Below are positions 24,940 through 39,799 of a stretch of 64,000 nt of DNA, piece after piece. Numbering within the stretch: position 1 is the stretch's first letter; every line of letters begins with the position of its first letter. The notes beneath the pieces are model-generated. The model saw nothing but the letters and a program-made list of their open reading frames with translations. It was not told the origin of the DNA and searched no databases. The stretch is from Octopus vulgaris. Its lineage: Eukaryota. The DNA is taken from the NCBI GenBank assembly GCA_951406725.2, contig OX597815.1, positions 142,352,001 through 142,416,000 on the forward strand, written 5' to 3'. Made by a program: the position numbers and the translations under genes.

Positions 24940-25766
24940 TATTTATTTCTTTATTGCCCACATGAGACTAAGTATAGAGGGGACAAAGTCACATAAAAGG
25001 ATTACGCCGATTACATCGACACCAGTGCATAACTGAAAGGCAAATTCGGCCTCAGGGGAATTTGAACTCAGAACGTAATGGCAAACGAAATACCTAGTTC
25101 TTTACTAGCCATAAGGGGCTAAACACAGAGAGGACAAACAAGAACAGACAAACGGATAAATCGATTATATCGACCCCAGTGCGTAACTGGTACTTATTTA
25201 ATCGACCCCGAAAGGATGAAAGGCAAAGTCGACCTCACGGAATTTGAACTCAAAACGTAACGGCAGACGAAATACCGCTAAGAATTTCAACCGGCGTGCT
25301 AACTATTCTGCCAGCTCGCCGCCTTTAAACGTAAAGACAAACGAAATACCTATTTCTTTGAGCACACAAGGGGCTAAACACAGAGAGGACAAACAAGGAC
25401 AGACAAACGGATTAAGTCGATTATATCGACCCCAGTGCGTAACTGGTACTTATTTAATCGACCCCGAAAAGATGAAGGGGCAAAGTCGACCTCGACTGAA
25501 TTTGAACTCAGAAGGTAGCGGCAGATGAAATACCTATTTCTTTACAACACACAAGGGGCTAAACACAGAGAGGACAAACAGGGACAGACAAACAGATTAA
25601 GACGATTATATCGACCCCAGTGCGTAACTGGTACTTATTTAATCGATTCCGAAAGGATGAAAGACAAAGTTGACTTCGGCGGAATTTGAACTCAGAACGG
25701 AGCGGCAGGCGAAATACTGCTAAGCATTTCGCCCGGCGTGTTAACGTTTCTGCCAGCTCGGCGCCC
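24940..25766 (-). mobile_element. Nested/tandem array of four SINE family B copies
   Basis: Repeated AAGGGGCTAAACACAGAGAGGACAAAC..TCGACCCCAGTGCGTAACTGGTACTTA..GAATTTGAACTCA units, joined at GAAATACCTA near 25095, 25349 and 25533. Confidence 0.93.
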
Positions 25767-26639
25767 GATGTACACGCAATATTGATGCAAAAAAAAAAAA
25801 ATTATTAATCATTTTTAGCGACTGAATATTTAGCTATATGATGAAACACTTAGATTCATTCCCAAATCCCCCGTGTTCGATCCATGGTGCACCATCTTGA
25901 TACCATTTCTTTTTTTACTTTAGCCTTATTTTCCTTTACAACTTTAAGAATTCTGATAAACTGATATTGTAAATAGCAATCAGAGTAATTGCTCCTCTTA
26001 TTTAAGCATACTTTCTCCATCACTAATCCCAAGCTCATTTTTTTCTTTTCACATCTATGCTTATCTCTACAAGCCACTGCATTATCTGCGTAAAATTAAT
26101 TTGACGTACGCTTTTGGCAGGTTGGTCTTACCCTTGTCTTCTTCGCTTCTCTCTATTTCATCTCTACCTGTGCTTTTCACTGTATGTTGTGTTTGCTCTT
26201 CTTCCTCTCATTGTCTCTCATAACAATGCCCTCAACTTCAGATTCCTGAAACACCTGTCGAGTTAAGACATTACATAATGTCTATGTTTTATTCTGTAAT
26301 TATTGTTCTCCATATAGCCATATATATATATGTATGTGTGTGTGTGTGTGTGTATTTATATATGAATACGTGTGCGCGTGTGTGTATGAAATTCTAACAT
26401 TATTTACAAAAAAATTTAATATTTCAGACGAGTCAATAACCGGTATCGTCATCTTTTAATGATTCGAATTGTCATCCATTTAATTATTTTATCCTAAATT
26501 TAATTTTATTCTTCAATAAAAGAAAATTATTTCCATCATACCAAATGAGATATCGATTTTCTTGCTCTCCCAGTTCTTGACTGACTGAAATATTAGCAAA
26601 TATTTTCTGCGTAAATTTCAATATCAGTTTCACCTCATG

Positions 26640-26663
26640 GTTCTTCTTCTTCTTCTTCTTCTT

Positions 26664-26693
<30 letters not shown>
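26640..26693. repeat. (TTC)n microsatellite
   Basis: Visible. Confidence 0.95.
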
Positions 26694-26694
<1 letters not shown>

Positions 26695-27499
26695 TCCTTC
26701 TGCTTTTCCTTCCATTTTTTTCTCCATCGTACTTATTATCTTCTAATTGAAACGGCAACGGACATTATTCCCTCACTTTGTTCTTCCTATCTTGATTAGA
26801 TATTACACCAGGAAAGAAACGGCTACATCCAGAATTATATTCCATACCCAACTTGATATTCCTGATAATTCTTGTAATCTTCTTAGCAATCGTATTCCGT
26901 CTATAAAAACTTCTATTCAACTCAATTAAAGTCCCTTAGCTGCAGCAACCTGATCAGGTCAAATTAATATATTTACGAAGGAACCACTATCATCAAATCG
27001 CTTGCCTTTTATTACGATACTGTTCCGTGCAAGTCTTTAGTCATTCCTAATTATCAAGAAACGAAGCAATTATATTATTTCCTTTCCACAATTTCACCTT
27101 TGTGATCGTGATTAACTATTAATGATCTCATTTCATCTGAAACAATAAACGACCACCTTCGCAGCTAACGTTTGTAATCACTCCATATGCATACACATTC
27201 CAGGAAATCCTTAGATATTCAATATGTACTAAATGAAATTCCATTTCTTTTGTATTCTATTCGACGACGCAAGGTTCCGAAGGTCTTGTGATATGTAAAC
27301 TGATAGAGCCACAACATATCCAGCTTATAAAGGAACCTAATTAATTCATTTTTCTTACTTGGACATAGAACAAACATTAATTAAACATGAAAAGTTAATA
27401 CTATATACTATTAACTTAGATATTAGATAGTCTGCATTGTCAACGTGACCATCCAGATCGTGACTATACAGTAAAGTTGTAGTGAGCATTGCTTTATTG

Positions 27500-27870
27500 T
27501 TTTATTTACTTTTCCTTGTTTTAGTCATTTGACTGTGACCATGCTGGGGCACCGCCTTGAAGGGTTTTATTCGAACAAATAGATCCCGGGACTTACACTT
27601 TAAGCCTAGTAATTATCCTATCGGTTAATTTTGCCGAACCACTGATCGTCAAGTGGTGATGTAAAGTGACAGACATAGACACAAAGAGCCACACGCACAC
27701 AGGTATATATATTCTCACAGGTATATATATTCACAAAGAGACACACACACACACAGGTACATACATTCATATATACGACGGTCCTCTTTCAGTTTCCGCC
27801 TACCAAACCCTCTGATAAACCATTTCCCGTCCCGAGGTTATAGCAGAAGTCACTTGGCTAAGGTGCAACG
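27500..27870 (-). mobile_element. SINE family A, diverged
   Basis: GTCATTTGACTGTGACCATGCTGGGGCACCGCCTTG..TTTCAGTTTCCGCCTACCAAA. Confidence 0.85.
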
Positions 27871-27998
27871 GGAAAAATTGACTGAGAAAAAAGCATCATG
27901 CTTGTGATATGCGATGTATTTGTAACTTCATAAAAAAATCAACAAAGTGGCATTTTAATGCAGTGTAGAATGTGTCTATGTACGTGTGTGCTTGTGTG

Positions 27999-28062
<64 letters not shown>

Positions 28063-29257
28063 AGTAAAACAGCAACACAGTTCCAGGTGCGGGAGTTCTA
28101 ATCCTGTGTATGTCGAATTGTAACGTTTAGAGTGTAAGAATTATTTAAAGGCATGAGTTTTTTCATGATTCTGAACAACAAAGCCTGTTTTGATACATAG
28201 CATAACTTTTTTCAGCTGAGGGTTTCCCGACACTTGTCCTACAGGACAGTGAGCCTAGCATCTGAAACAATCACGTAGTAGGTATTTGCCGACTACCTAA
28301 GTTCAAAGAATTTGCGACCCTATGTTTTCTTTACATGTGTCATGATTGTTTTTCTTTAACCTTCTGCCTTTTACGCCATCCCCACTAGCTTGCTGATTAT
28401 AATATTAAGTATTACAGAACTGTTTCAACCGATTTGACGAATCAGTTTCGTACCCGGGTGTTTCAGAAAAACAATCACAGCTATCATCAGAAGAGCTTGT
28501 ATGAAACTTAAGGTACGGGCTGTTTGCCAATGGAAGTTAGAATGTATCAAATTAGGATGTGAGTATAGGAAAAACTAGAACAAAAATCCCATCTGATAAA
28601 ACACAAAGAGAAAAAATACCGCAACTTTCCTTGGATCGTGTATCTCGGTGCATAAAATAAATGTATATTTCATTGGTGCGTCGCTACCATTGTCGTCATT
28701 ACCCATCCCCACATACATACATACATACATACATACATACATACATACATACATACATACATACATACATACATACACGTTTCCTCATATGATTTTATGA
28801 TTGACCCAGCTCCACCTTCACTTCAGGCAAAGAAAATATTAATGCCCCGCACCGCCCATATGGCGCGATTGCACTGTCTGATCATTAATAAAATAACATA
28901 AGTCAAATGTTTTCTCCCAGATTTTTTCCAACTGCTCTTTTTTCGCTCCGGGTTTTTCCGATACCACGACCGGATGTGATAGATGTTGATCTTCAGTGGA
29001 AAAGATCACGTGCTATACTACTTCTAAAAGCCCCGCTGATGAATAACGCGATCGGTTTCCCAAACTCTCGTGTACCAATAAGATTTGTAAAATCTACAAT
29101 GCTACATTATAAATATTTAATATATAAATACGTGATTGCTTGTTTTTCGTACTCTCGTGTTTCAAAATATACTGCAATAGATCGCTTATAACTTGTGCTC
29201 TATAGCTGGTATCTCTAGAAGTACGCTCTTAGTAGTCACACATGTATACATTATATA

Positions 29258-30590
29258 CAGCGAGCAAGAAAAGAGAGCGATAATTATTATTTCGCAATTG
29301 GTTTTGTAAATACGGTTAACCATTTTGTAAAATCTACTTTTGTGCAATTATCTTAATAAGGATTAATAACACTAATACAAGTCTTGTCCAAATGTCTCAT
29401 GTCAAAAATAAGTAAACGATCAAACTAGAAATTGCTTCAATTAACTCATTACCGTAATAATGATAGGAAGAAATGTAAATATGAACTTAAATCAGTTAGT
29501 ATGATGTTCGTAGAGCTCTGTTGGAGATCACCTCTGCACATTGATTGCCACAGGATATAACAGGTTTCCTGCACATATCAGTTGTTATTTTCTTCTATTC
29601 CTCTTCTAATATCTCCCTAAAAATCACCATAGCAGTTGGTGCCCTTTCTCTTGCTTTGTTTCGAAATATCTTCCAAAGCTTTTCAATCAGATTTGTACTA
29701 GACACATCATTACTTAAAAATGCACGGTTGATTCGGAAGTGCTCGTAATGATGGGGTCACATTTTGTTTCATCAAATTCAAATAAATATTAGCATTAATA
29801 GTCTCTTTAATCTGCACTAGAGGACCAACTCCTTCAGAAGAAATCATTTCCTACAACATGACGCTTCCTTCTCTAAACTTGGCAGATTTCTTCAGGCACT
29901 TGGATTTTACCCAACCCCCTATGAAGCGCCTAACATACTGTCTATCATCTGAACCTACTAAATTGAATTTGATTTCATTGCTAAAATGAACTTTTGACCA
30001 ATTTCCATCCCTCCAGTTCACATGAGCTTCTGCAAATGAAAGTCTTTCCAATTTGTTCTTCTTGCTTATGGAAAGTTTCATTGCCGGGGAACAAATCTTT
30101 AATGCAAATTCCTTCAGACGACGAGACATAGTAAAGCGGCTCATTTCCGTACCATTATTTACTTTAATTTTCTTAGGAATTCTAGCCGCACTCACGAAAG
30201 GATCCATCAATACGTATCGCTTCATGGCTCGATCATTTCGCATGTTGGTTTTGCTTGGTCCTCCAATCGCCTTTTTCGGTTCAAAACCTTTACTTTCTTC
30301 ATAGAGCTTAAGAACACGTGAAACTACAATCTTATAACTCCTTATGTCTCGTGAAATAGCCGACAGAGTCATTCGTGAAACTTTCATCCTAACAATTTCT
30401 TTTCGGAGGTCGGGAGTAGACTTGGCGTGAAGTGTCATGTTCGGAAGTTAGCACAATACTGAGACGGTTGTAACGGTGAGATTGCAAATGTAAACAGCGT
30501 TTGAAATTTCCAGAAATTTCTGAAGGATTCTAATCTTTCTCATCTTTTTCACATGATTTGGACGAAAGTAGCTTTTTTTGTCCGCTACTG
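29258..30590 (-). mobile_element. Tc1-like (DD34E) transposon, degenerate; transposase remnant 30438 to about 29500
   Basis: ORF 29851-30438: paired-type HTH, GGPSKT (GRPRKT), WSKVHFSNEIKFNLVGSDDRQYVRR. Downstream NLIEKLWK (NPIENLW) and QCAEVISNR. TA-flanked TIR CAGTAGCGGACAAAA at 30590. The left end at 29258 is tentative. Confidence 0.9.
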
Positions 30591-30883
30591 TATATATATA
30601 TATATATATATATAGTATGTATTATGTATACACGCGCGAGAACACACATACGCTCATACAAACACACATTCGCGCGCACACACATATATAAGAAGCACAC
30701 ACAAATACATACACACGCACATACATGGAAGAAGGTAAAGAATGGAACAGGCAAAACAGGGACTATGAGCGTTTCATTGCGATTAGCTAATCTTCAGGTT
30801 TTATTACCTGTAAGTTGTGTCCATTGTTACGTGGAGATGAACAAACGAATAATCAAACTCCCAACAGCAATGAATGGCTAGCT

Positions 30884-30916
<33 letters not shown>

Positions 30917-31619
30917 ATGAAGGAAAGAAAAAAGAAAGAAAGAAAGAACAAAACAAAACTAAAATCAAATGGACTATGAAGTATTTGTTAGAGGAGGTTA
31001 TTATAGAAGGAAATAAGATGGGCGTATTTAGAGACGTCATTAAAAGGAAGAAAATGGATGTTTGGTAGAGAAGAAATGGAGCGGGAGGACTAGTAATAAA
31101 TTTACTTTACTCAATGGCGTCAAATAGATATTAAGAAACAACGAAAGATAGAGTAACAATTCTAGACAGTTAACGAGATAAATTATTAGGGGTGTACTAG
31201 CAAAGGAGTAAAAGCCAGCCGCAGAGTAATAAAAGTCCCAAAACAGCGAATACAGGCTACAAATATGTGTGTGTGTGTGTGTAGTGTGTGTGTGTGTGTG
31301 TATCCATATAAGTGTGCATATGTATGTATACATGCAACAATGTAAAAGAAAAAGAGGATGAAAAAGACAAAACTGAAATAGATAATACTAAAAAATATAT
31401 TTTCGCTAACTTCGAATTCAAACATGTACTATATACATGTGTTGTTGTGTGTGCGTACGTGTGTGTGTTTGCGTGTCTGTGTATGTGTGAGTGTGTATGT
31501 ATGTATATGTGTGTGTGTGGTGGGGTCACATACAGAAAAACTGTGGTAAACATTAAAAATAATTGTTTCATGAAAAGTTAATCTGAAAAAAAAAGGCTTA
31601 AAAAGTCTACGCAAACCTA

Positions 31620-31693
<74 letters not shown>

Positions 31694-31750
31694 TGCATAC
31701 ATACATACATACCTACATACATACATACATACATACACGCACGCACACAT

Positions 31751-31805
<55 letters not shown>

Positions 31806-32240
31806 CATATATGTATGTATGTATATATTGTATTGCTTTTCTCTACATTTTCTATTTTATCTTGTCACTATTTTTACATACTCATCATCTTATTTAATGT
31901 AATATACAACTGGAATCGTATTTTCTTCTGCTTGCGTGCAGGCTCTAGTTCTTTATAGAAATAAACATGCTCTCGTATCACCTCATTGAACACAACACAA
32001 ATATGAGTTTGCGCGCGAGCGCGCGTAATGGCTTTACTATCGAGATTTACTCTATATAAGACCAGATTTTTAGCATATATGCAGAGAGAGGGGGAGATAC
32101 AGTGGGGAAAGAGAGGGGCAGATAAAGTGGGTGATTTACATATTGTATTTTTATTCGATGTTAGCGGACATACATTTAGTTTTTCAATATTTTTTATTAT
32201 AACTATCCAATCTCTCTCCATTTCTTTTTCTATATATATG

Positions 32241-32348
<108 letters not shown>

Positions 32349-32369
32349 TATATATATGTATATGTATAT

Positions 32370-32430
<61 letters not shown>

Positions 32431-34424
32431 GTATTACTTATAATCATTGCTAATCGTGCAAAGGGACATATTTATCAAGTTAAGTAAATCGAATTGTTGG
32501 GTGTAAGGTATTTCTATTATGTAGTCAAACTATCTACCTTCTCTTGGTAAAGAGACAAATACTGCAATAACTGCAACTAAATATTTTATGTGTCTTACTT
32601 TATTGAGAAAGACCTATACTTGTTTACTTATTGTAAATACTACAGTTTCGATATATATTCATGGTACTTTCTATCTTTCATTGCAGTCTGAAAATTGTCC
32701 TTCGGAAATATAGTAATTTAGATTATATCTAGATTTGTTAATTTACAAGTTGAGTCCTCGATATTTTCCTTTATTACTTCTTGTATATAATAAATGCTTA
32801 AATACTAATCGAAATCAGAGAAGGACCTTGAAATATGGAAGGTATTAACGCTATTTTGCAGATCATTCGTACTACATATTTAAAGTATCAGTTGCTGAAA
32901 AGGACCACCTAAACACGGACACGCGCATGCAAATACAAGTGATAAAAGAAAAATCATGTTTGTAATCACATATCCATATCACATCAAACTAATAATAAAA
33001 CACACACATCTACAGACATGTAAAGAAATTGAATATATTTTCAACTTCCTTTCTATTCGTCTTTCTGAATATTTTATAGTTGGCTATAAAATATGTCAAA
33101 ATAAACACTGCTTAGAATCTTTTACGTAGTTCGAACGTTCATAAGTAAAAGTGAGTATTTGCATTCAACAAATTAGTTTTTTTTTGTTTTCATTTATATT
33201 TTCCTTTATGTGTCTTTTTTTTCTGACGACTCATAAACAGCAATTTTATTGTCTGGAATTTACTTGTTTCTGTTTTATTTCAAAGAATGGTATATATTGT
33301 AAACACCATGACAAAGAGCAATAAAATCGACAAGAATATGTTTTGAAATGTGAACAAAAAAAAAATAAGTAAATAATAAAAATTGCAGCAACAGATGAGG
33401 ATCAAGAAATAATTATCGTGAGTTATTATTTTAACATGGGAATAGACAAGTAAATCGATTTGTGTTTTATTTCAAAGCAAATGCTGAAACATAAAATAAA
33501 CAGCCATTGAGATTTGAACAATACAGTCCGCTTTGTAAACAAAACTTTTCTTTATGTTACACGAAGGAAATTTATAGACATGTCTATATATATGTATATA
33601 TTAAAAAATGAGTAGAGTAAACACAAAAGCTTGTGGGATTTGGTGTGTAAGAAAATATAGTTAATCATTTACATACGAGAGGAATATATGTACATAATTT
33701 AATAATTAATTTCTGAAGGGAGGAAATTTGTTAATGGATCGTCAGTTTTGTTTCTTCAAACTGACTCTACTTGATAACACACTTACAGTGGAATCCGAGA
33801 TTTTAAAAACACAGATAGGTACACAAATAATATTTGTTTGTAGTTGAACTAATTGATACCATTTGGATATGGATGTCATGGTGGATATAGAAGTATATAC
33901 GTTAGTAATTTTTTTTTGCTTTTAACAGGCTTTTTTATACCCAATAACCTGTTTGTGACATGAAATGCGTATAAGCAGCATTGCTTCAGTTGCTATCACA
34001 CTGGAGTTGCTTTATGTGAGAATAAAATGTTCTGCCCGTGTCCACATTCTAGGTTAATATTTAATCACACTAGGATACTCAAAATATACACAACACCAGC
34101 GACTATACGCAACTACAGCGATTCTCTATTCATTATTTTCCTATATATCGCTGGTGAGAAATATCTTTGGCTGTGATTTCATGGTATTGACAATGCAGAA
34201 CGAGGTAAAATGCATCTAGCATTCTCACTAGCCACTGTTGGATATCATAAATATATAAACTTATGTATACAACAAATCGATCCCTTCATATGCAAAATGA
34301 CATTGTTTTGAGTATAGAACATAATGGTATACGTAGGAAGAATCATTGATAACCAAGCCATCAGAAGATACAGAAAACATCTTTAATCTAGATGCGATAA
34401 CCCCGTGTTTGAGCGAGAACATAT

Positions 34425-34642
34425 TGCTTTCAAATTTTGGTACTAGACCAGCAATCTCGGAGTGGGGGTGCTAAGTCGATTACAGCGACTCCAGTATTTA
34501 AGTCTTACCTATTTTATTGATCCTTAAAGGATGGAAAGCAGAGTCAATCTCGGGGCAATTTAAACTCAGAACTTAAAGACGGTCAAAATGTTGCTAACAA
34601 TTTTGCCCGGCGTGCTAACGATTCTGACTGCTCACCGCCTTA
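34425..34642 (-). mobile_element. SINE family B, diverged short-tail variant
   Basis: TTTGCCCGGCGTGCTAACGATTCTG..CTCACCGCC head and AAAGGATGGAAAGCAGAGTC core. Confidence 0.85.
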
Positions 34643-35397
34643 AATGTACAGAACCTATTTGTTAAAACGATAGTCGGTCACTGATAGTAGGTTTCTGATC
34701 AACGATCTGAAGAATTACGATTCACTTGTGCCTAAATAAAACATGAACCACAACAACAATAACAGATAACACTAATCTGACGCAAGAATTAAGAAAGGCG
34801 GGATTCGAACAGTGGGATCTCTGTTACTAAATAATGCAATATATTTCGCCCGTTACATTGATATTCTGCCAGTCCATCACATTACCAGCTACCGGAGCTA
34901 GTAATGTTCTCTTTCCTATATAGCAGCTACAAATTTCACGGAGATACGACATTTAAATTTATTGAGAACATTTCTAATAAACTACTACTAAAATAATAGG
35001 CTTTTATACAGTGAATATGAATGCTTTTAGCTATAACCGAATTAATGTGTGTAGTAGGCAACGTTACCCACTTTATATTTAGAAACCTCATAATGTAAGT
35101 TTCCCATACAGCAGAATTGAAAAACTGACAAATCATTCTCCACACGGAAACGATGTGATTAACATTGGAGATTTCCAAAAGATTTTAAAGATGTTTATGT
35201 CCAACGGAATGACCCTTATAAAGTATACACGAATTAGACTCCACAAACCCTTTTACTCACAAATGCCCAGTCCATAATTTACTAACTATAGCAACTCTAA
35301 TTAAAGAGATGCTACCGAGCAGCTCCTATTCTAAGAATAAATCGAATATTGCATATATTGGAGACATATAAGTCGCAGTAAACAGTCGGTAACGATA

Positions 35398-35470
<73 letters not shown>

Positions 35471-36300
35471 GTGTGTGTTTATGTGTGTGTGTGTGTGTGT
35501 ATGTATATATATAATGGACAGTGAACTCGTTTGGTAATCATTTATAGCCATTTTGTTGAAGTAGTGATGGTATACATATTTTAATCTGAATATTAGTACA
35601 CATTCTTAAACATGTTTCACTTAAACGATTTCCTCTATTCTACAGCACAAGCTTCAATATCTTGATAACATTTCGGAAACTAACAAATTTGCATGGAGAA
35701 TATTCAATATTAAGACAATTATAACCGATTATAATTCTGAATATTGAAATCGTAATTTTACATGTAGCGAATACTTCTAATTACATAAGCTTGGGATGGA
35801 AAACCATTTAGAGTTTAATGGAAATCCATTTTATATTTAATATGATATAAATATTTAAATCCAATTTATGGCTGCATTTCTACATTTATTAGATATGGAA
35901 ATAATTTCATACCTACAGGACCTTGACTAATGTCGGAGCATTATTTATTAAAACTGTGACATTAAGTAGTAATTAAGTTGCACATGTTATTAGAGAAACA
36001 AATTATTGATGGGCAGTGATTAAACATATAAATACAAGATGAAGTAATGTGTTGAAGTGAATCATATCAGCTACTCATATCCAAACCTAACATAAACAAT
36101 AATTTGCATTATCTCGCTTGGAGAGGAAACACCGAAGTGTGTGTATTGCTGTTTCAAACTAGCTTTGCGCGTAACATATGACAGCATACAGGACTAGGAT
36201 ATGCGTAAGAAAAATGCGAAAAGGCACTTGCACAGAGCCAGTGTATTTGAATGTCAATACAAAATGATATTTACATAATAAACTACTCCAATTGGAATCT

Positions 36301-36537
36301 ATACCTATTTCTTTACTACCCACAAGGGGCTAAACACAGAGAGGTCTAACAAGAACAGACAAACGGATTAAGTCGATTACATCGACCCCAGTGCGTAACT
36401 GGTACTTAATTTATCGACTCCGAAAGCATGAAAGACAAAGTCGACCTCGGCGGAATTTGAACTTAGTAAATAACGGCAGACGAAATACGGCTACGCATTT
36501 CGCCCGGCGTGCTAACGTTTCTACCAGCTCGCCACCT
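36301..36537 (-). mobile_element. SINE family B, full-length long-tail copy with TSD
   Basis: Close match to the 25-kb units. TSD ATTGGAATCTATACC (36291-36305) / ATTCGAAGCTATACC (36538-36552). Confidence 0.92.
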
Positions 36538-37044
36538 ATTCGAAGCTATACCACCCACGTTACAGATTAAATTTGATTCTAAAACATAAACAGCAGAAAT
36601 CCGTACACACCTATGTTAGTAAAACATTAATATGTACTTTTATATTCCGTTACTTGTATCACTAAACCATTTTACGTTGTAAAATTTTCGAATAAATGAG
36701 GAATACTGAAACAACACGCATCAGTCACGTGTAAGCTAGAAGCAAATGTCCTCAATACAATTAGGGGTATAACTGCATTTTCAATATTTTCTATTTGTTA
36801 AATATAACAACTTTTCATTTCGTCACCAGCTGATGGAGGCCGAGAAGAAAAGTACACAAGCTGCGCTTGTAGATCTTCAATGTTATTTTCAACTTACAGG
36901 ATTTTTCGAACTATACAGTCATGTATACTTAACCACTTTTGATTTATTTCTTTTTTAAGTCTGTAAAGTGATCATTTCGAAAACTATTTTCTTTGTTATA
37001 TACAACATTGTTCAGCTATTATAAATTGGTAGGCATCATCCACT

Positions 37045-37803
<759 letters not shown>

Positions 37804-39799
37804 ACGTAACAAGAAAAAGAAAACATATTTTTGAAAGAACAACAAAATTTCTTTATGAGAATAGATTTGTTCACTCCTTTTCACTTTTATGTTATGCTGT
37901 TAGATTTATTGCAGATACTTTGAAGAAATAATATACATAGCAAATACCATCTTCCCTATCGAAGGAAGTTAAAGACATAACCTATCTATTGCCCCAACCC
38001 GTTCTAATGCGAGGATATGAGGAACACTTTAGCAAATCATGATATATAGGATGGCAATATTGAATATGTTCAATTATTTAAATAGCTAAAGTGTGCATTG
38101 TATATGGTGTTGCTACTTTTACTGACTCTATTATTGCAAAGTTGTTGTGCAGTTCCCATCTTATGAGCAAAAATGACACCCCATTTACATCCCCAATACT
38201 CCTTCGAAATGAAACAAATCATACATTATCTAATTCGTAGTTGTAAACAATGTTTTATATTGAATGTATAATTAAATACCTGCGCACTGAACTACTTCAG
38301 CTAATCTGTGCTCCACAAATCTGTGGTCCGCCAAATGTGTTAGGGATAAATATCAAGTTTGTATTAACGTTAATAGACTACATATGCAATAATATACTAC
38401 TTTGAATTATAAGGTACGTGTTATATTCATACCAGAGTGGCACTAGATATATAGATATGTTTATCTATAAATGTTTGAGACATTAAACCTGTTGAAGAAT
38501 ATACTATCTAGTTGTTGCTACTGGTGTTGTTGCTATAGGTGTTATTTCACTTCAGAACTGTTTTTATCGAGTAAACCTTTCGCTGCATGTAACGTAACCA
38601 TGATCTTGCCTCTTGCTTTCTTGATTTATGCGTTTTGCTTGTGAGACAGTAAGCACAATTTTGAGCTGCACCTGCCAATTATTTCAATACATTTCGTATT
38701 ACCACCAAGTAGCTTGCTAAACAATGCAAAATTTTTCAATACGCCACCCCTATAAAAACAAAAGGATTGTGAAGAAATTGTTTACAAAGAGAAATAAATT
38801 TTGAATTCATAAATCTCTCTTCCATTCACATAAACAAAATGCATTCGATAATTATATTCAGAGACGCTGATAATATCCGCTTCACATAATAAAATCATGA
38901 AAATAATAATCTTTCTCAAGCAAATATAATTCAAACACTTGAAATATAACTTTAGAATTCCCAGTATTATCAACTCCGTCAACATCGCATAGGATAACAT
39001 TTGAGCTTTATTTTTGTAGAAAACAGAAATTTTTAGAATCCTGTGGATGTTTTTAATAAGTTTCATGTTGTTGACAAAAGATATCTGCAATTGTTGAAAT
39101 GTTAACTATATTTTCTCGTTGAAATTTCACATTTGATAGAAAGTAGAATCCTATTACGTTTCTTCTACATATGTTTGTTTTCTTCGAAAACGTGCTTGTT
39201 AGATATTAATTTTTATGGATAGATTGTCTTACAAACACTGATTTGAGGAAACCAATGCTGCGTGCGTATAAGGAGGATAACACTAGATATTACATTCAAA
39301 TAGCAGGTGTATGCGCTTTTAGCTAGACATATTTCTTTCTTGGGACAAGACTATTTGAATAGGCATTGGTAAATGGAAATTACACGTGTAATCTAATCTT
39401 ATAAGCATAATAACCTTGTGTGTGTGTGAGGGCGCGAGTGTGTTTGTGCGCGCGCACGCGTGTGTGTGTGTGTGTATGTGGTTATAATAGAATGCTGCAA
39501 CAACGACATTAACAATAATGTTTTCTTCATTAACCTTAAAGAATTCAGGAAATGTTCAGAAAAGGTAGAGGATAATATCAATGTAAGGTTACATATAAGT
39601 GTGCCAGCCCTTAATAGAAACGAAGACAAAATGATTTTCAAATTGAAAATAATTCCTCAAAACAAGGATGCCACAATCACATGTCACATAGAGCAAGAAT
39701 AATTAACGTTGTTTCTTCTTAAAATACAAGTGTACACTTTTGAAATCTGAGAGAACGGGGTGGAGTTACAAGTAGTCTTTGATAGCCAAGTGGCTAAAA

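Noticed and set aside
24940-25766. CRISPR-like or tRNA-gene array
   Set aside because: Units are SINE bodies of about 185-230 bp with no spacers. SINE heads do not form complete tRNA cloverleaves.
30960-31170. Possible RTE LINE 3' remnant (also 26740-26960, 25850-26090)
   Set aside because: Similarity is too weak to support by eye.
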